Shown: positions 38,722 through 50,049 of the stretch, piece after piece
How the letters are laid out: every line of letters starts with the position of its first letter
Position numbering within the stretch: position 1 is the stretch's first letter
Assembly (NCBI GenBank): GCA_965204535.1
Contig: CBDBEV010000001.1
Location: forward strand, 1,824,001-1,888,000
Direction: 5' to 3'
Source: a bacterium
GTDB taxonomy: Bacteria > UBA8248
DNA: 64,000 nucleotides
The notes under the pieces: model-generated
The model's database searches: none
What the model was told of the DNA's origin: nothing
Seen by the model: the letters and a program-made list of their open reading frames with translations, nothing else
Program-made: the position numbers and the translations under genes

Positions 38722-39480
38722 CTAGTTCACATACTGGCCGCCGTTCACGTCGATGGTCGCGCCCGTGACGTAGCCCGAACCGGGGGTGGAGAAATACCAG
38801 ATCGCATCGGCGATGTCCTCGGGCTCTCCGCCGAAGCCCACGGGCAGGTTCGCCACTATCTGCGGCACGCGCTCCTGGTGCACCAGGCGAAAGCGCTTGG
38901 TGAGCGTCACGCCCGGGGCTACGGCGTTCACCGTGACGCCGTGGGGAGCGAGTTCCACCGCGAGTCTCCTCGTGAAGCCCTGCATGGCGGATTTCGCGGC
39001 GCTGTAGACCAGGGATACGTTCGCCAGGGCGTCGCGCGCGGAGATGGACGAGACGTTCACGATGCGGCCATAGCCTCTCTCTTTCATCGGAGCCGCCGCC
39101 GCCCGGGTGGCGAGATAACAACTCGTGAGGTTCCATTCGACGATCTTTTCCCACTCCGCCTCATCGAGGTCCTCGATATCGGACACCTCCACGAAACCGC
39201 CCGCGCAGTTCACCAGAATGTCGAGGCGCTCCCACGTTCCGAGCGTGCGGGCGAAGAGAAGGTCGACGTCTTCTTTCCGGGCGGCGTCGCCCTGGACGAA
39301 TATGGCGTCGCCGTGCGCGCTCACCGTGGCCAGGGCCGCCGAGCCGCGGTCCGGGTCGCGCCCCGTAATCACCACCTTCGCGCCCTCATCTGCGAAGCGC
39401 ACCGCCGTCGCCAGGCCGATGCCGTCGGTCGCGCCGGTGACGATGGCGACGTGATCTTTTATCGAGGATCGCTCATGCAC
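38722..39480 (-). CDS. Short-chain dehydrogenase/reductase
   Basis: TGATDGIG, VNCAG, YSAAK, VNGG. Confidence 0.9.
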   Translation of the reverse strand: MHERSSIKDHVAIVTGATDGIGLATAVRFADEGAKVVITGRDPDRGSAALATVSAHGDAIFVQGDAARKEDVDLLFARTLGTWERLDILVNCAGGFVEVSDIEDLDEAEWEKIVEWNLTSCYLATRAAAAPMKERGYGRIVNVSSISARDALANVSLVYSAAKSAMQGFTRRLAVELAPHGVTVNAVAPGVTLTKRFRLVHQERVPQIVANLPVGFGGEPEDIADAIWYFSTPGSGYVTGATIDVNGGQYVN

Positions 39481-39493
39481 GCGATTGTCCTTT

Positions 39494-40255
39494 CTAGTGA
39501 ACGTACCTGCCGCCGTTGACGTCGAGCGTCACGCCCGTGACGTAGCGCGCCTCGGGTCTGGCGAGATACCACACGGCGTCGGCGATGTCCGCGGCGTCCG
39601 CCACGCGGCCCGCCGGTATTTTCGCGATTATCTCGGACAGTCTGTCCTTATGGACCACGGCCGTCCTCGGGGTGAGCACCACGCCCGGGGCGACCGTGTT
39701 CACCGTGACGCCGTGGGGAGCGACTTCCACCGCCAGCCGCCTGCCAAAGCCGAAAAGGCCCGCCTTGGCGGCGCTGTAGGCCAAGCCCGTCTCGATGACG
39801 GAATCGCGGCCCGACTGGGAGGAGATGTTCACGATGCGGCCATAGCGTCTTTTCTTCATGACGGGCATCACCTCGCGCGCGCACAGGTAGGCGCTCTTCA
39901 AGTTCAAGTCCACGGCCCTGCGCCACTGCGCCTCATCCAAATCTTCGATGAGCGGATTCTCCACGAAGCCGCCTGCGCAGTTCACCAGAATGTCGATGCG
40001 CGCCCACTCGTGAAGCGCCTCGGCCACGGCCGCTTTGACCTCGCTCGCCGAGGTGGCGTCGGTGTTGACGAAGCGGGCCTCGCCGCCCGCCTCGCGTATC
40101 CGCTGCGCGGTCGCCTCGCCCTGCGTCTGGTCGAGATCCAACAACACGACGCGCGCGCCCTCATGCGCGAGGCGCCCGGCGATTGCCTCGCCGATGCCCA
40201 CCGCGCCCGCCGTCACGAGCGCCACGTGTCCTTGAATCGAGGATTTGCCTTCCAT
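39494..40255 (-). CDS. Short-chain dehydrogenase/reductase (paralog of the neighbouring gene)
   Basis: TAGAVGIG, VNCAG, YSAAK, VNGG. Confidence 0.9.
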   Translation of the reverse strand: MEGKSSIQGHVALVTAGAVGIGEAIAGRLAHEGARVVLLDLDQTQGEATAQRIREAGGEARFVNTDATSASEVKAAVAEALHEWARIDILVNCAGGFVENPLIEDLDEAQWRRAVDLNLKSAYLCAREVMPVMKKRRYGRIVNISSQSGRDSVIETGLAYSAAKAGLFGFGRRLAVEVAPHGVTVNTVAPGVVLTPRTAVVHKDRLSEIIAKIPAGRVADAADIADAVWYLARPEARYVTGVTLDVNGGRYVH

Positions 40256-40314
40256 CTTGCTCGCCGCCTCCATGAGTGCCGGATTATAGCGCAACGCCTC
40301 CACCTTGACAGCCG

Positions 40315-40890
40315 TCAGGGTGCTTGTGCGGAGACGAAATAGGTGTTGCCGTCGAAATCCCACCACCGGGCTTTGCGAAAGCCCGCATCGCGCAATTCGT
40401 TCACGAGCTCTTCGGGTTCGAAGCGCGCCTCAAGGGGCGGCCCCATGTCCATGGGCTTCTTGTGCCAGTCGATGAGCGTGATGGCGGCGCCCTTCCTCAT
40501 CGCGCGCCTTGAGTCGGCGAGCATGGGCTGGACGTCGGACACTCCATGGAGCACGAACGCGATGAGGACGAAGTCCGCGCACGCATCCGGAAAAGGAATT
40601 CGCGAACCCTGGTTTCGCTTCGCCGTAAGATTCGCGTAGCCGCGCTCTTCGGCTGACGATTTGAGTTCCCTGATCATCACCGGGGAGATGTCGCAGGCGA
40701 ACACGCGACCGTTCTTTCCCACCACCCTGCAGGCGGGAACCGAGAAATAACCGGGTCCGCAGCCGATGTCCAGGAAACTCATGCCGCGCTCAAGGCCCAG
40801 GTCCCGCAGCGTCTTGACGGGCGGCATGGCCCGGCGCCTTCCCCTCGTGAGCAGGAGATGGCGGTTTCGGACGGGAAGCGTCCACTCCAC
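40315..40890 (-). CDS. Class I SAM-dependent methyltransferase
   Basis: FLDIGCGPG motif I, DISP, IDWHK...GPP; start uncertain (GTG at 40890). Confidence 0.8.
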   Translation of the reverse strand: MEWTLPVRNRHLLLTRGRRRAMPPVKTLRDLGLERGMSFLDIGCGPGYFSVPACRVVGKNGRVFACDISPVMIRELKSSAEERGYANLTAKRNQGSRIPFPDACADFVLIAFVLHGVSDVQPMLADSRRAMRKGAAITLIDWHKKPMDMGPPLEARFEPEELVNELRDAGFRKARWWDFDGNTYFVSAQAP

Positions 40891-40907
40891 ACGAGAGGAT
40901 CCCTTGC

Positions 40908-41999
40908 TCAAGCCTCGTCCTCGATATAGCCGCCGAGCGCCTCTCGTATGAAATCCAGAGGATGCCCCTCTCTGATGAGCATGAAGCCCTCCGCCAAGCA
41001 TTCGAGCTTCCTGCGCTCCCTGTCGAGGCGCGTCTGCCCCTTTCGGCTGAGGAGCCTCTCGACGTCTTCTATCGTGGCGCCCTCGAGCGCCCACTTGAGC
41101 CCCGTCTTGAGGAGCGGTTCCTGAATCCATTCGAGGCGCTCCGCAATCGCGCCGCCCTCATCGCGCGACGCCAGGCCCGCGAGCTCCACGCACAGGCTGA
41201 TGATGTCGACCGACGCCTGGGCCGAGGGAGAAAACCGGACGCCCGGCAGGCGCTCGTAATCCGCCTCGCCCTCGGGCAGAAAGGCAACGAGTCTCGCGCG
41301 CGCACGATCCTCGCTCACGCCTTCGAGTATCGCCACCGCGCCCTCGATGGCGATCTCCTTGTTCCTTTCCGTCGCTGCGAGGGAGGACTCGATTTGCCGG
41401 GCGAGAATCATCTCGGCCTCATCCCAGGGCGCCTGATCCACCAGCATCCGAAGGCCGGTGGAGAAAATACCGTCCGGGCTCCGCTCGAGAGCCGGCTCCA
41501 GCGAGAGCAGCCCGTGCTGTTCCGCCCGCGCGGCCAGAACGACGATGAGCGACACGGCGTGCTCGGCCTTGGCTTCAGAGGAGTGAAACGCGGCGAGCCC
41601 CTCTTCGAGCGTCCGGTCCAGCGGGGGGATGGAGTCGTCGGCAGGCCCGTCGAACGTAATGTCGCCGTGGTTCTTCATGGCGTAGGCGGTCTGCATCAAC
41701 ATCTGGCGCGCTTCGACGCTTCGCTCGATTTCCATGGAGCCTGAGCGCTCGATTTCCTCGCGCATGTGGACCGCGTTCTTCGAAGATACGTTCCTGAGCA
41801 CACGCTCGACCACCCGCGAATCGGCATCGCGAAGCGCCAGAACGAGGATTTCGGGATCCATGCGCTCGATGACGCGCCTGAGCGCGCGGCCCGACATCTC
41901 CGCGAAGGGGGTCAGGTCCGGATTCTCGCCGGGAGGAAAATGATGAAAGCCGGGGCCTCCCATGCCGCCGTCGCCCCAGCCGTCGCCGCTGAAATTCAT
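40908..41999 (-). CDS. Soluble fusion protein: FliG C-terminal domain plus two MotA-like cytoplasmic domains
   Basis: LVLALRDAD...VLRNVSSKNAVHMREEI...EARQML (FliG_C-like). AEQHGLLSLE...FSTGLRMLVD...IAIEGAVAILEG and a second repeat (LLKTGLKWALEG...LAEGFMLIREG) are MotA-like. No transmembrane segments. Confidence 0.7.
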   Translation of the reverse strand: MNFSGDGWGDGGMGGPGFHHFPPGENPDLTPFAEMSGRALRRVIERMDPEILVLALRDADSRVVERVLRNVSSKNAVHMREEIERSGSMEIERSVEARQMLMQTAYAMKNHGDITFDGPADDSIPPLDRTLEEGLAAFHSSEAKAEHAVSLIVVLAARAEQHGLLSLEPALERSPDGIFSTGLRMLVDQAPWDEAEMILARQIESSLAATERNKEIAIEGAVAILEGVSEDRARARLVAFLPEGEADYERLPGVRFSPSAQASVDIISLCVELAGLASRDEGGAIAERLEWIQEPLLKTGLKWALEGATIEDVERLLSRKGQTRLDRERRKLECLAEGFMLIREGHPLDFIREALGGYIEDEA

Positions 42000-42006
42000 T
42001 TTCGCG

Positions 42007-43650
42007 TCAGTTCTCCTCGGCCAGCTTGGGCGGCTGAACGGAACGGTTCACGTAGAATTGCTGGGCGATGGAGAGCAGGTTGTTCACCAACCAGTAGATC
42101 ACCAGCCCCACGGGCACGGGATAGAAGATGAACATGCCCGTGAAGACGACGGGCATGAGCATCATCATCTTCGCCTGGGTGGGGTCGCCCGCGGTGGGCG
42201 TCATCTTCTGCTGCAGGAACATCGAAGCGCCCATGAGTATCGTATACACGTGATAGGGGTCCTGCACCGAGAGGTCCTGCACCCAGCCGAAAAAGGGCGC
42301 GTTGCGCAACTCTATCGACACCAGGAGGGCTTCGTACAGCCCGAAGAAGACGGGTATCTGTATCAGCATGGGCAGACAGCCCATCATCGGGTTGACCTTG
42401 TGCTCCTTATACAGGGCCATGGTCTGCTCGTTCAGCCTGTTTTTGTCGTCTTTATATATCTCGCGGAGCTGCGTGATGCGCGGCTGGAGCTTTTGCATCT
42501 CCTTCATGTTGCGCATGCTGACGTGGGTGAGCGGGTAGAAGATGATCTTCACCACGATGGTCAGCAGGATGATGGCCACGCCCCAGTTGCCCACGAACCC
42601 GTGGAAAAAACGCAGGATCGACATGAGCGGCTTGGCGATGAAGGAGAACATCCCGTAGTCCAGGGAGTCCTCGAGGTTGACCTTGAGTTTTTCGAGGTGG
42701 TCCAACGCCTTCGGCCCCACGTAGACATCGAAGGCCGCATCGACGTCCTTTCCCTGCGCGAAAGGAACGATGGCGGCGTATTCGCTTAAGTCGTCCGTCT
42801 GGGATAGAAGGCGTATCTCCGCTCCGCCCGCTCCGCCTCGGGGGATGAGCGCCGCGATGAAGTGCTTCGACTGGAGCGATGTCCACTTGAGGCTCTCGCC
42901 GTGGGTGACGGGTTTTGCCTCCTCGGGATAGTCGTATTCGAGTTCTTCGCCCACAAAGCTCATGGGACCCTCGATGACGCCGCCGTAGGTGTTGCCGTCG
43001 CTCCCGCCGACACGCGGCCCCCAGACGACGCCCATCGCCTCGGCCCCGGAGGGACGGGTGACGCGAATCCTCGTGCGGATGTTGAATTCGTTGTGGCGGA
43101 AGGTGAGCGCCTTCTCCGCCGAGAGGCCGTCGGCGCCGCGGTAGACGAAGCGAACCGTCCCTTCCGGGTTCGTCTTCGAGAGCGAGAGGTCGCCGCCCTC
43201 GACCTCGTAGGAAGCCTCGTTGAGCCGCTGCGCCGTCTTTCCGCCCCAGAAGAAAAGGGGCCGCACGTCCGGGCGGCCCGGAGGCACGAGCTGGACGGAA
43301 TTCTTTTCGCCCTGTTTGTATTTCAGAAGACGCGCGGACAAGAACCCCGCGCCCCGGTTGGTCAACTCATACACCGCGTCGCCCACGTCCACGCGAACAC
43401 GCCGGCCGGGAGCGGCTTCCGTCGGCGCGGACGGAGCGGCGGGCGTGGACGGTTGGCCGGCGACGGAAGCGGGCGACCTGAGCGGCGTGCTCGCGGCGCT
43501 CCCCCGTTCCCTGTTCTGGGCCGCCGCGCGCTCCTTGGCCACCTTCTGCTTCTGGGCCTGCTCGTCTTCCATGGGCTTCACGACGAGGTATTGCCAGCCG
43601 ATCAGTATCGCCATCGACAAGACGGCGGCGAGAATCGCGTTTCTTTCCAT
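42007..43650 (-). CDS. yidC: Membrane protein insertase YidC
   Basis: MERNAILAAVLS, DYGMF, GNWGVAIILLT, GCLPMLIQIPVF, IYWLVNN. Confidence 0.96.
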   Translation of the reverse strand: MERNAILAAVLSMAILIGWQYLVVKPMEDEQAQKQKVAKERAAAQNRERGSAASTPLRSPASVAGQPSTPAAPSAPTEAAPGRRVRVDVGDAVYELTNRGAGFLSARLLKYKQGEKNSVQLVPPGRPDVRPLFFWGGKTAQRLNEASYEVEGGDLSLSKTNPEGTVRFVYRGADGLSAEKALTFRHNEFNIRTRIRVTRPSGAEAMGVVWGPRVGGSDGNTYGGVIEGPMSFVGEELEYDYPEEAKPVTHGESLKWTSLQSKHFIAALIPRGGAGGAEIRLLSQTDDLSEYAAIVPFAQGKDVDAAFDVYVGPKALDHLEKLKVNLEDSLDYGMFSFIAKPLMSILRFFHGFVGNWGVAIILLTIVVKIIFYPLTHVSMRNMKEMQKLQPRITQLREIYKDDKNRLNEQTMALYKEHKVNPMMGCLPMLIQIPVFFGLYEALLVSIELRNAPFFGWVQDLSVQDPYHVYTILMGASMFLQQKMTPTAGDPTQAKMMMLMPVVFTGMFIFYPVPVGLVIYWLVNNLLSIAQQFYVNRSVQPPKLAEEN

Positions 43651-43676
43651 GATGTAAGGCGCCTCCGCCGGACCCC

Positions 43677-43964
43677 TCAGGGAACCGGATCGTTTCCCCC
43701 GGGGTGAAATGGATGGCAGCGCCCGATGCGGCGCACGGTGAGCCAAAAGGCCCGAGCGGGCGCGTGGCGCCTGAACGCCTCGAGCGCATAACAAGAACAA
43801 GAGGGTGAAAAGCGGCAATTGCCCGGCATCAGTGGAGACAAGACGAGCTGATACCCCCGAACCAGAACTATCGCCAGAGCACGGATCGCCCAAGAGACGG
43901 GGCCGAGCTCTTTTTCAGGAATTCGTTTTCCCGTGGAAAGCGTTGCGGAACGCCCTTTCAACAT
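43677..43964 (-). CDS. yidD: Membrane protein insertion efficiency factor YidD
   Basis: YQLVLSP...CRFSPSCSCY...RIGRCHPFHPGGNDPVP; start uncertain. Confidence 0.9.
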   Translation of the reverse strand: MLKGRSATLSTGKRIPEKELGPVSWAIRALAIVLVRGYQLVLSPLMPGNCRFSPSCSCYALEAFRRHAPARAFWLTVRRIGRCHPFHPGGNDPVP

Positions 43965-44262
43965 CCTCTAACCTCGCCTTGGCGATCGAGCCCCTCGCCA
44001 CGGCCACAAGGTCCACTCCTGGGGGGAGCCGTGAGCCGTGACGCCGAAACACCTCGCGGAGGAGCCGTTTGGCGCGATTCCTCTGGACGGCGCCGCCCAC
44101 CCGGCGCGACGCGATGATGCCGAGGCGCGCGCAATCCCGCGAAGGAGTCGGCAGGATATGCAGCGTGAAATACGGACACCTGCGCTTGCGTCCTTTTCTG
44201 AGAACGGCAGCGAAGTCGCTCCCCTTGCGGATTCGCCGCTCCGGCGGGAAGCCCTCGTCCAT
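43915..44262 (-). CDS. rnpA: Ribonuclease P protein component
   Basis: RLGIIASRRVGGAVQRNRAKRLLRE (RNR motif). Confidence 0.93.
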   Translation of the reverse strand: MDEGFPPERRIRKGSDFAAVLRKGRKRRCPYFTLHILPTPSRDCARLGIIASRRVGGAVQRNRAKRLLREVFRRHGSRLPPGVDLVAVARGSIAKARLEDVERAFRNAFHGKTNS

Positions 44263-44306
44263 GCCCGCGCCCTCCCGGTCGAGGGTCGGCAAGCCCGGCG
44301 CACCGT

Positions 44307-44447
44307 CTAGGCGGAAACGCCGAGCCGCTTGCGGCCCTTGGCCCGCCGACGCCTGATGATTGCGCGTCCGCCGGTGGTCTTCATCCGGCGGCGAAACCCG
44401 TGCGTCTTCGTTCGTTTTCTTCTGTTCGGCTGGTAAGTTCGTTTCAC
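44307..44447 (-). CDS. rpmH: 50S ribosomal protein L34
   Basis: Manual translation: [46 protein letters not shown] (GTG start; below the ORF-track length cutoff). Confidence 0.96.
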   Translation of the reverse strand: MKRTYQPNRRKRTKTHGFRRRMKTTGGRAIIRRRRAKGRKRLGVSA

Positions 44448-44684
44448 CAACTACTCCGTCTGCCGGCCCAAAAGCCGAGCGTTAAACCCGACATATAACG
44501 CTTGAGAGAGGCTTCCCCAAGAAGCCGAGCGTAAAGTAGCCACCAAAATCCCGATTGTCAAGAACCTCCTGCGGGGGTGCTCGAACTTACCGGCCCCGAA
44601 TGGACGGGAAGCCGGCTGCGCGTACCGTTCGTTGCTCCTTCGAAGAAGAAAAATCCTCGTTTGCCGGAGAAATGCCATATTTTT

Positions 44685-44763
44685 TGTGGAAAACCCTTGC
44701 CTTTCGAGGCGCTTTGTGGAAAAGTGCTCCCTCGGGTCAAGTTTTGTCCCGCCCTGTGGAAAA
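44685..44763. promoter_or_regulatory. Three DnaA boxes upstream of dnaA
   Basis: TGTGGAAAA at 44685, 44715 and 44755, each one mismatch from TGTGGATAA. Confidence 0.75.
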
Positions 44764-44827
44764 ACCCGTTCCTGCGCGGCGCAAAAAGCCCTCGTCGCGC
44801 CCTGAATGCTACGAATTGGTTCTCCGT

Positions 44828-46159
44828 ATGACGACTCTTTGGCAACGCTGCGCGGAAAAAATCGAGCAAGAGGTCTCCCCCCAGACGTTCTCCCGCTGGT
44901 TTGCCGGCATCGAAGAGTTGAATTCGAGCGAGAACACGCTGGCGATTCAGGCCCCTGATCCGTTCACGGCGGGGACCCTGCGCTCGCGCTACTGGGGAAT
45001 CATCCAGGACGTCCTCGAACAAGAGGCCGGGCCGAACGTGATGATTGCCCTCTCGGCGAGCGACGCTCCGACAAACGGAACGATCGTCTCAGACGCGCCG
45101 GTCCCGGCCGAGAAGGAAACGGAGCCCCCGGAGAAACCGGCCTTTCTCAATCCCAGGTATCGTTTCGACAACTTCGTGGTGGGAGGATCGAACCAATTCG
45201 CCCATGCCTGCAGCCTCCGCCTGGCGGACGGCCTGGGAGCCTCCCTCTTCCCGCTTTTCATCTACGGCGGGGTGGGGCTCGGAAAAACCCATCTGATGCA
45301 CGCCATCGCCCACCACATTCTCGATCGACAGCCGAGGACGCGCATCTTCTATACTTCTTCGGAAAGCTTCATCAACGACCTCATCGCCTCGATTCGACAA
45401 AACCAGATGGCCGCCTTCAGGAGCAAATACCGACAAGTAGACGTCCTGATGATAGACGACATACAGTTCATCGCCGGAAAGGAACGCACCCAGGAGGAGT
45501 TCTTCTTCACTTTCGATTCATTGCAACGAGAAAGGAAACAGGTCGTCATCACGAGCGATAAAACGCCCGGAGACACGCCGGGGCTGGAGAATCGCCTCAG
45601 GTCGCGCTTCAGCTCAGGCATGATGGCGGATATCGGCGCACCGGACTTCGAGACCAAAGTGGCCATCCTGCAGAAAAAAGCGAGCGAACAAGATCTCGTC
45701 CTCCACAGGGAAGTCGCCCACTATATCGCCGACAGGGTTCGCTCCAACGTCCGCGAACTCGAGGGCTGCCTCATCAGACTCAACATCTACGCTTCTTTGC
45801 ACGACATCGAGATCGACCTTCCCATCGCGCAGGAGATACTGCAGGGCATCATCCGCGACCCCGCCCGCAATTCCTCGGTAGACAACATCCAGAAAATCGT
45901 CGCCGAGCACTTCCAGGTCCGGGTCGCCGACCTGAAATCGAAAAACCGCTCGCGCTCTTTCGCCGTTCCCCGGCAGATCGCCATGTTCCTCGCGAGGAAA
46001 CTAACGCGCGCCTCGACCACGGAAATCGGCCGCCGCTTCGGCGGGAAGGACCACTCCACGGTGATTCACTCCACCAAGAAAATCGAGGGCCTGATCAAAA
46101 CAGACCCGTCTCTCTCCGCCACCATCCAAACACTCGAGCAAAAGATAGATATCTCTTGA
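44828..46159 (+). CDS. dnaA: Chromosomal replication initiator DnaA
   Basis: LNPRYRFDNFVVG, GGVGLGKTHL, IDDIQF, RLRSRF, NVRELEG, RQIAMFL, GGKDHSTVIH. Confidence 0.98.
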   Translation: MTTLWQRCAEKIEQEVSPQTFSRWFAGIEELNSSENTLAIQAPDPFTAGTLRSRYWGIIQDVLEQEAGPNVMIALSASDAPTNGTIVSDAPVPAEKETEPPEKPAFLNPRYRFDNFVVGGSNQFAHACSLRLADGLGASLFPLFIYGGVGLGKTHLMHAIAHHILDRQPRTRIFYTSSESFINDLIASIRQNQMAAFRSKYRQVDVLMIDDIQFIAGKERTQEEFFFTFDSLQRERKQVVITSDKTPGDTPGLENRLRSRFSSGMMADIGAPDFETKVAILQKKASEQDLVLHREVAHYIADRVRSNVRELEGCLIRLNIYASLHDIEIDLPIAQEILQGIIRDPARNSSVDNIQKIVAEHFQVRVADLKSKNRSRSFAVPRQIAMFLARKLTRASTTEIGRRFGGKDHSTVIHSTKKIEGLIKTDPSLSATIQTLEQKIDIS

Positions 46160-46392
46160 AACACCCGTGGAAAGAATTGTGGATAACCACGTTATTTACC
46201 CTGCATTCCTTGCGCCCAAAGAAGAAACACCCAACCACCCGCATCGAATCACAAATAATTCCACACCCCTCAGGCCGGGAAAGCACTCTTTTTTGAACAT
46301 CTTGCGAGGTTATCCACAATATCACCGCTCCCGCTACTACTGCTATTTAAGTATTATATAGTTCTAAAAGAATTAGTATCTGAGGATATCCT
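46160..46392. other. Replication origin oriC (unwinding region)
   Basis: Perfect DnaA boxes TGTGGATAA (46178-46186) and TTATCCACA (46310-46318), then a GC spacer, DnaA-trio-like CTACTACTGCTA (46334-46345) and an AT-rich tract to ~46379. Core gene orientation diverges around dnaA. Confidence 0.85.
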
Positions 46393-47508
46393 TTGCGCCT
46401 CATCGAACTCACGCTCAAAAACTTCAGAAACTATCCAAGGCTCGAATTCGGACCGCACCCCGGGTTTAACTATATTTTCGGCAACAACGGATCGGGCAAG
46501 ACGAACCTGCTGGAAGCCATTTACTATCTCTCGCATCTGCGTTCTTTTCGACGGGCATCCAGGGAGAAGATGGTGCTTCACGGCGTAGGGGGAATGTATG
46601 CGTCCGGCGTGTTCTCCGGGGACGGAGGCGGCGCGGAAACGAGGCTTGAGGCCGCTGTAAGCGGACGTGAGAGAAAATACAAGAAGGATGGGCAGGAGTT
46701 GCGGGGCTTGATGCCCTATCTCGACAGCTCCCACGTCATCGTCTTTTTTCCCGAGACGACCCAGATAGTCAAGGAGGGCCCCGGAGCGAGGAGACGTTTT
46801 TTCGATCAGGCGATCGCAGCCGTCGAACCGGCCCATCTCGAAGATTCCAGGGCCTATGCGAAACTGCTCTCGGAGAGGAATCATCTTTTGAGAAACGAGT
46901 CTGAATCTGCTATGATTCAGGTGTGGCAGGAGCGATTGATCGAGGTGGCCGCCCGCATTATCGTCCGCAGGAAAAGATACATAAATTCACTAAAAAACCG
47001 GCTGAATCACCTGGAGAGTTTGTTTGGGGAAACGCAGGGGTCCAGGGTTTCGGTGGCATATGAAGCCAATGGTCTTCCGGGAGGAGACGAGAAAGCGGAA
47101 GGGGATATACGAGAGGGCCTGCAGGCGACGGCCGGGAGGCTCGCGAGAGAGGAAGCAAGGAGAAAAACGACGCTTTGGGGTCCCCGGTTCGATGATTTCC
47201 ACCTGTTTTGGGAGGGACGCCGGGCGAAGGATGTTGCTTCCCAGGGCGAACAGCGGCTCACTACGATATTGCTGGTGTCGGCGAACGCCGAGGAATACAA
47301 GGAGAGGAGAAAGGAGACCCCCGTCGTTTTACTCGACGATCTGGGTTCCGAGCTCGACGTGGACAGGAAAAAGAGGATGCTGTTGTTTCTCGGCTCCCTG
47401 GGAGCGCAAACGTTCATCACGTCGACCGAAGAACCCGGCATGAGCGCAAACGAGATTGACGGAAGAACTTTTCTGGTTCGAGACGCAACGGTTGAAAGGA
47501 TAGATTGA
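46393..47508 (+). CDS. recF: DNA replication and repair protein RecF
   Basis: NFRNY, GNNGSGKTNLLEAI, RRRFFD, SQGEQR, LLDDLGSELD. Confidence 0.93.
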   Translation: MRLIELTLKNFRNYPRLEFGPHPGFNYIFGNNGSGKTNLLEAIYYLSHLRSFRRASREKMVLHGVGGMYASGVFSGDGGGAETRLEAAVSGRERKYKKDGQELRGLMPYLDSSHVIVFFPETTQIVKEGPGARRRFFDQAIAAVEPAHLEDSRAYAKLLSERNHLLRNESESAMIQVWQERLIEVAARIIVRRKRYINSLKNRLNHLESLFGETQGSRVSVAYEANGLPGGDEKAEGDIREGLQATAGRLAREEARRKTTLWGPRFDDFHLFWEGRRAKDVASQGEQRLTTILLVSANAEEYKERRKETPVVLLDDLGSELDVDRKKRMLLFLGSLGAQTFITSTEEPGMSANEIDGRTFLVRDATVERID

Positions 47509-50013
<2,505 letters not shown>

Positions 50014-50049
50014 CGCGCAAGCCCTACCCCGCCCGGAATTTCCCCGGAG

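Noticed and set aside
38438-39154. ORF-track calls 38438..39154 and 38207..38419 as separate proteins
   Set aside because: They are better explained as the two halves of one selenoprotein starting at 38611. The rest of the longer ORF is an alternate frame of the SDR.
44555-44827. 91-aa N-terminal extension of DnaA
   Set aside because: The region holds DnaA boxes and the divergent rpmH/dnaA promoters. Homology starts at MTTLWQ (44828).
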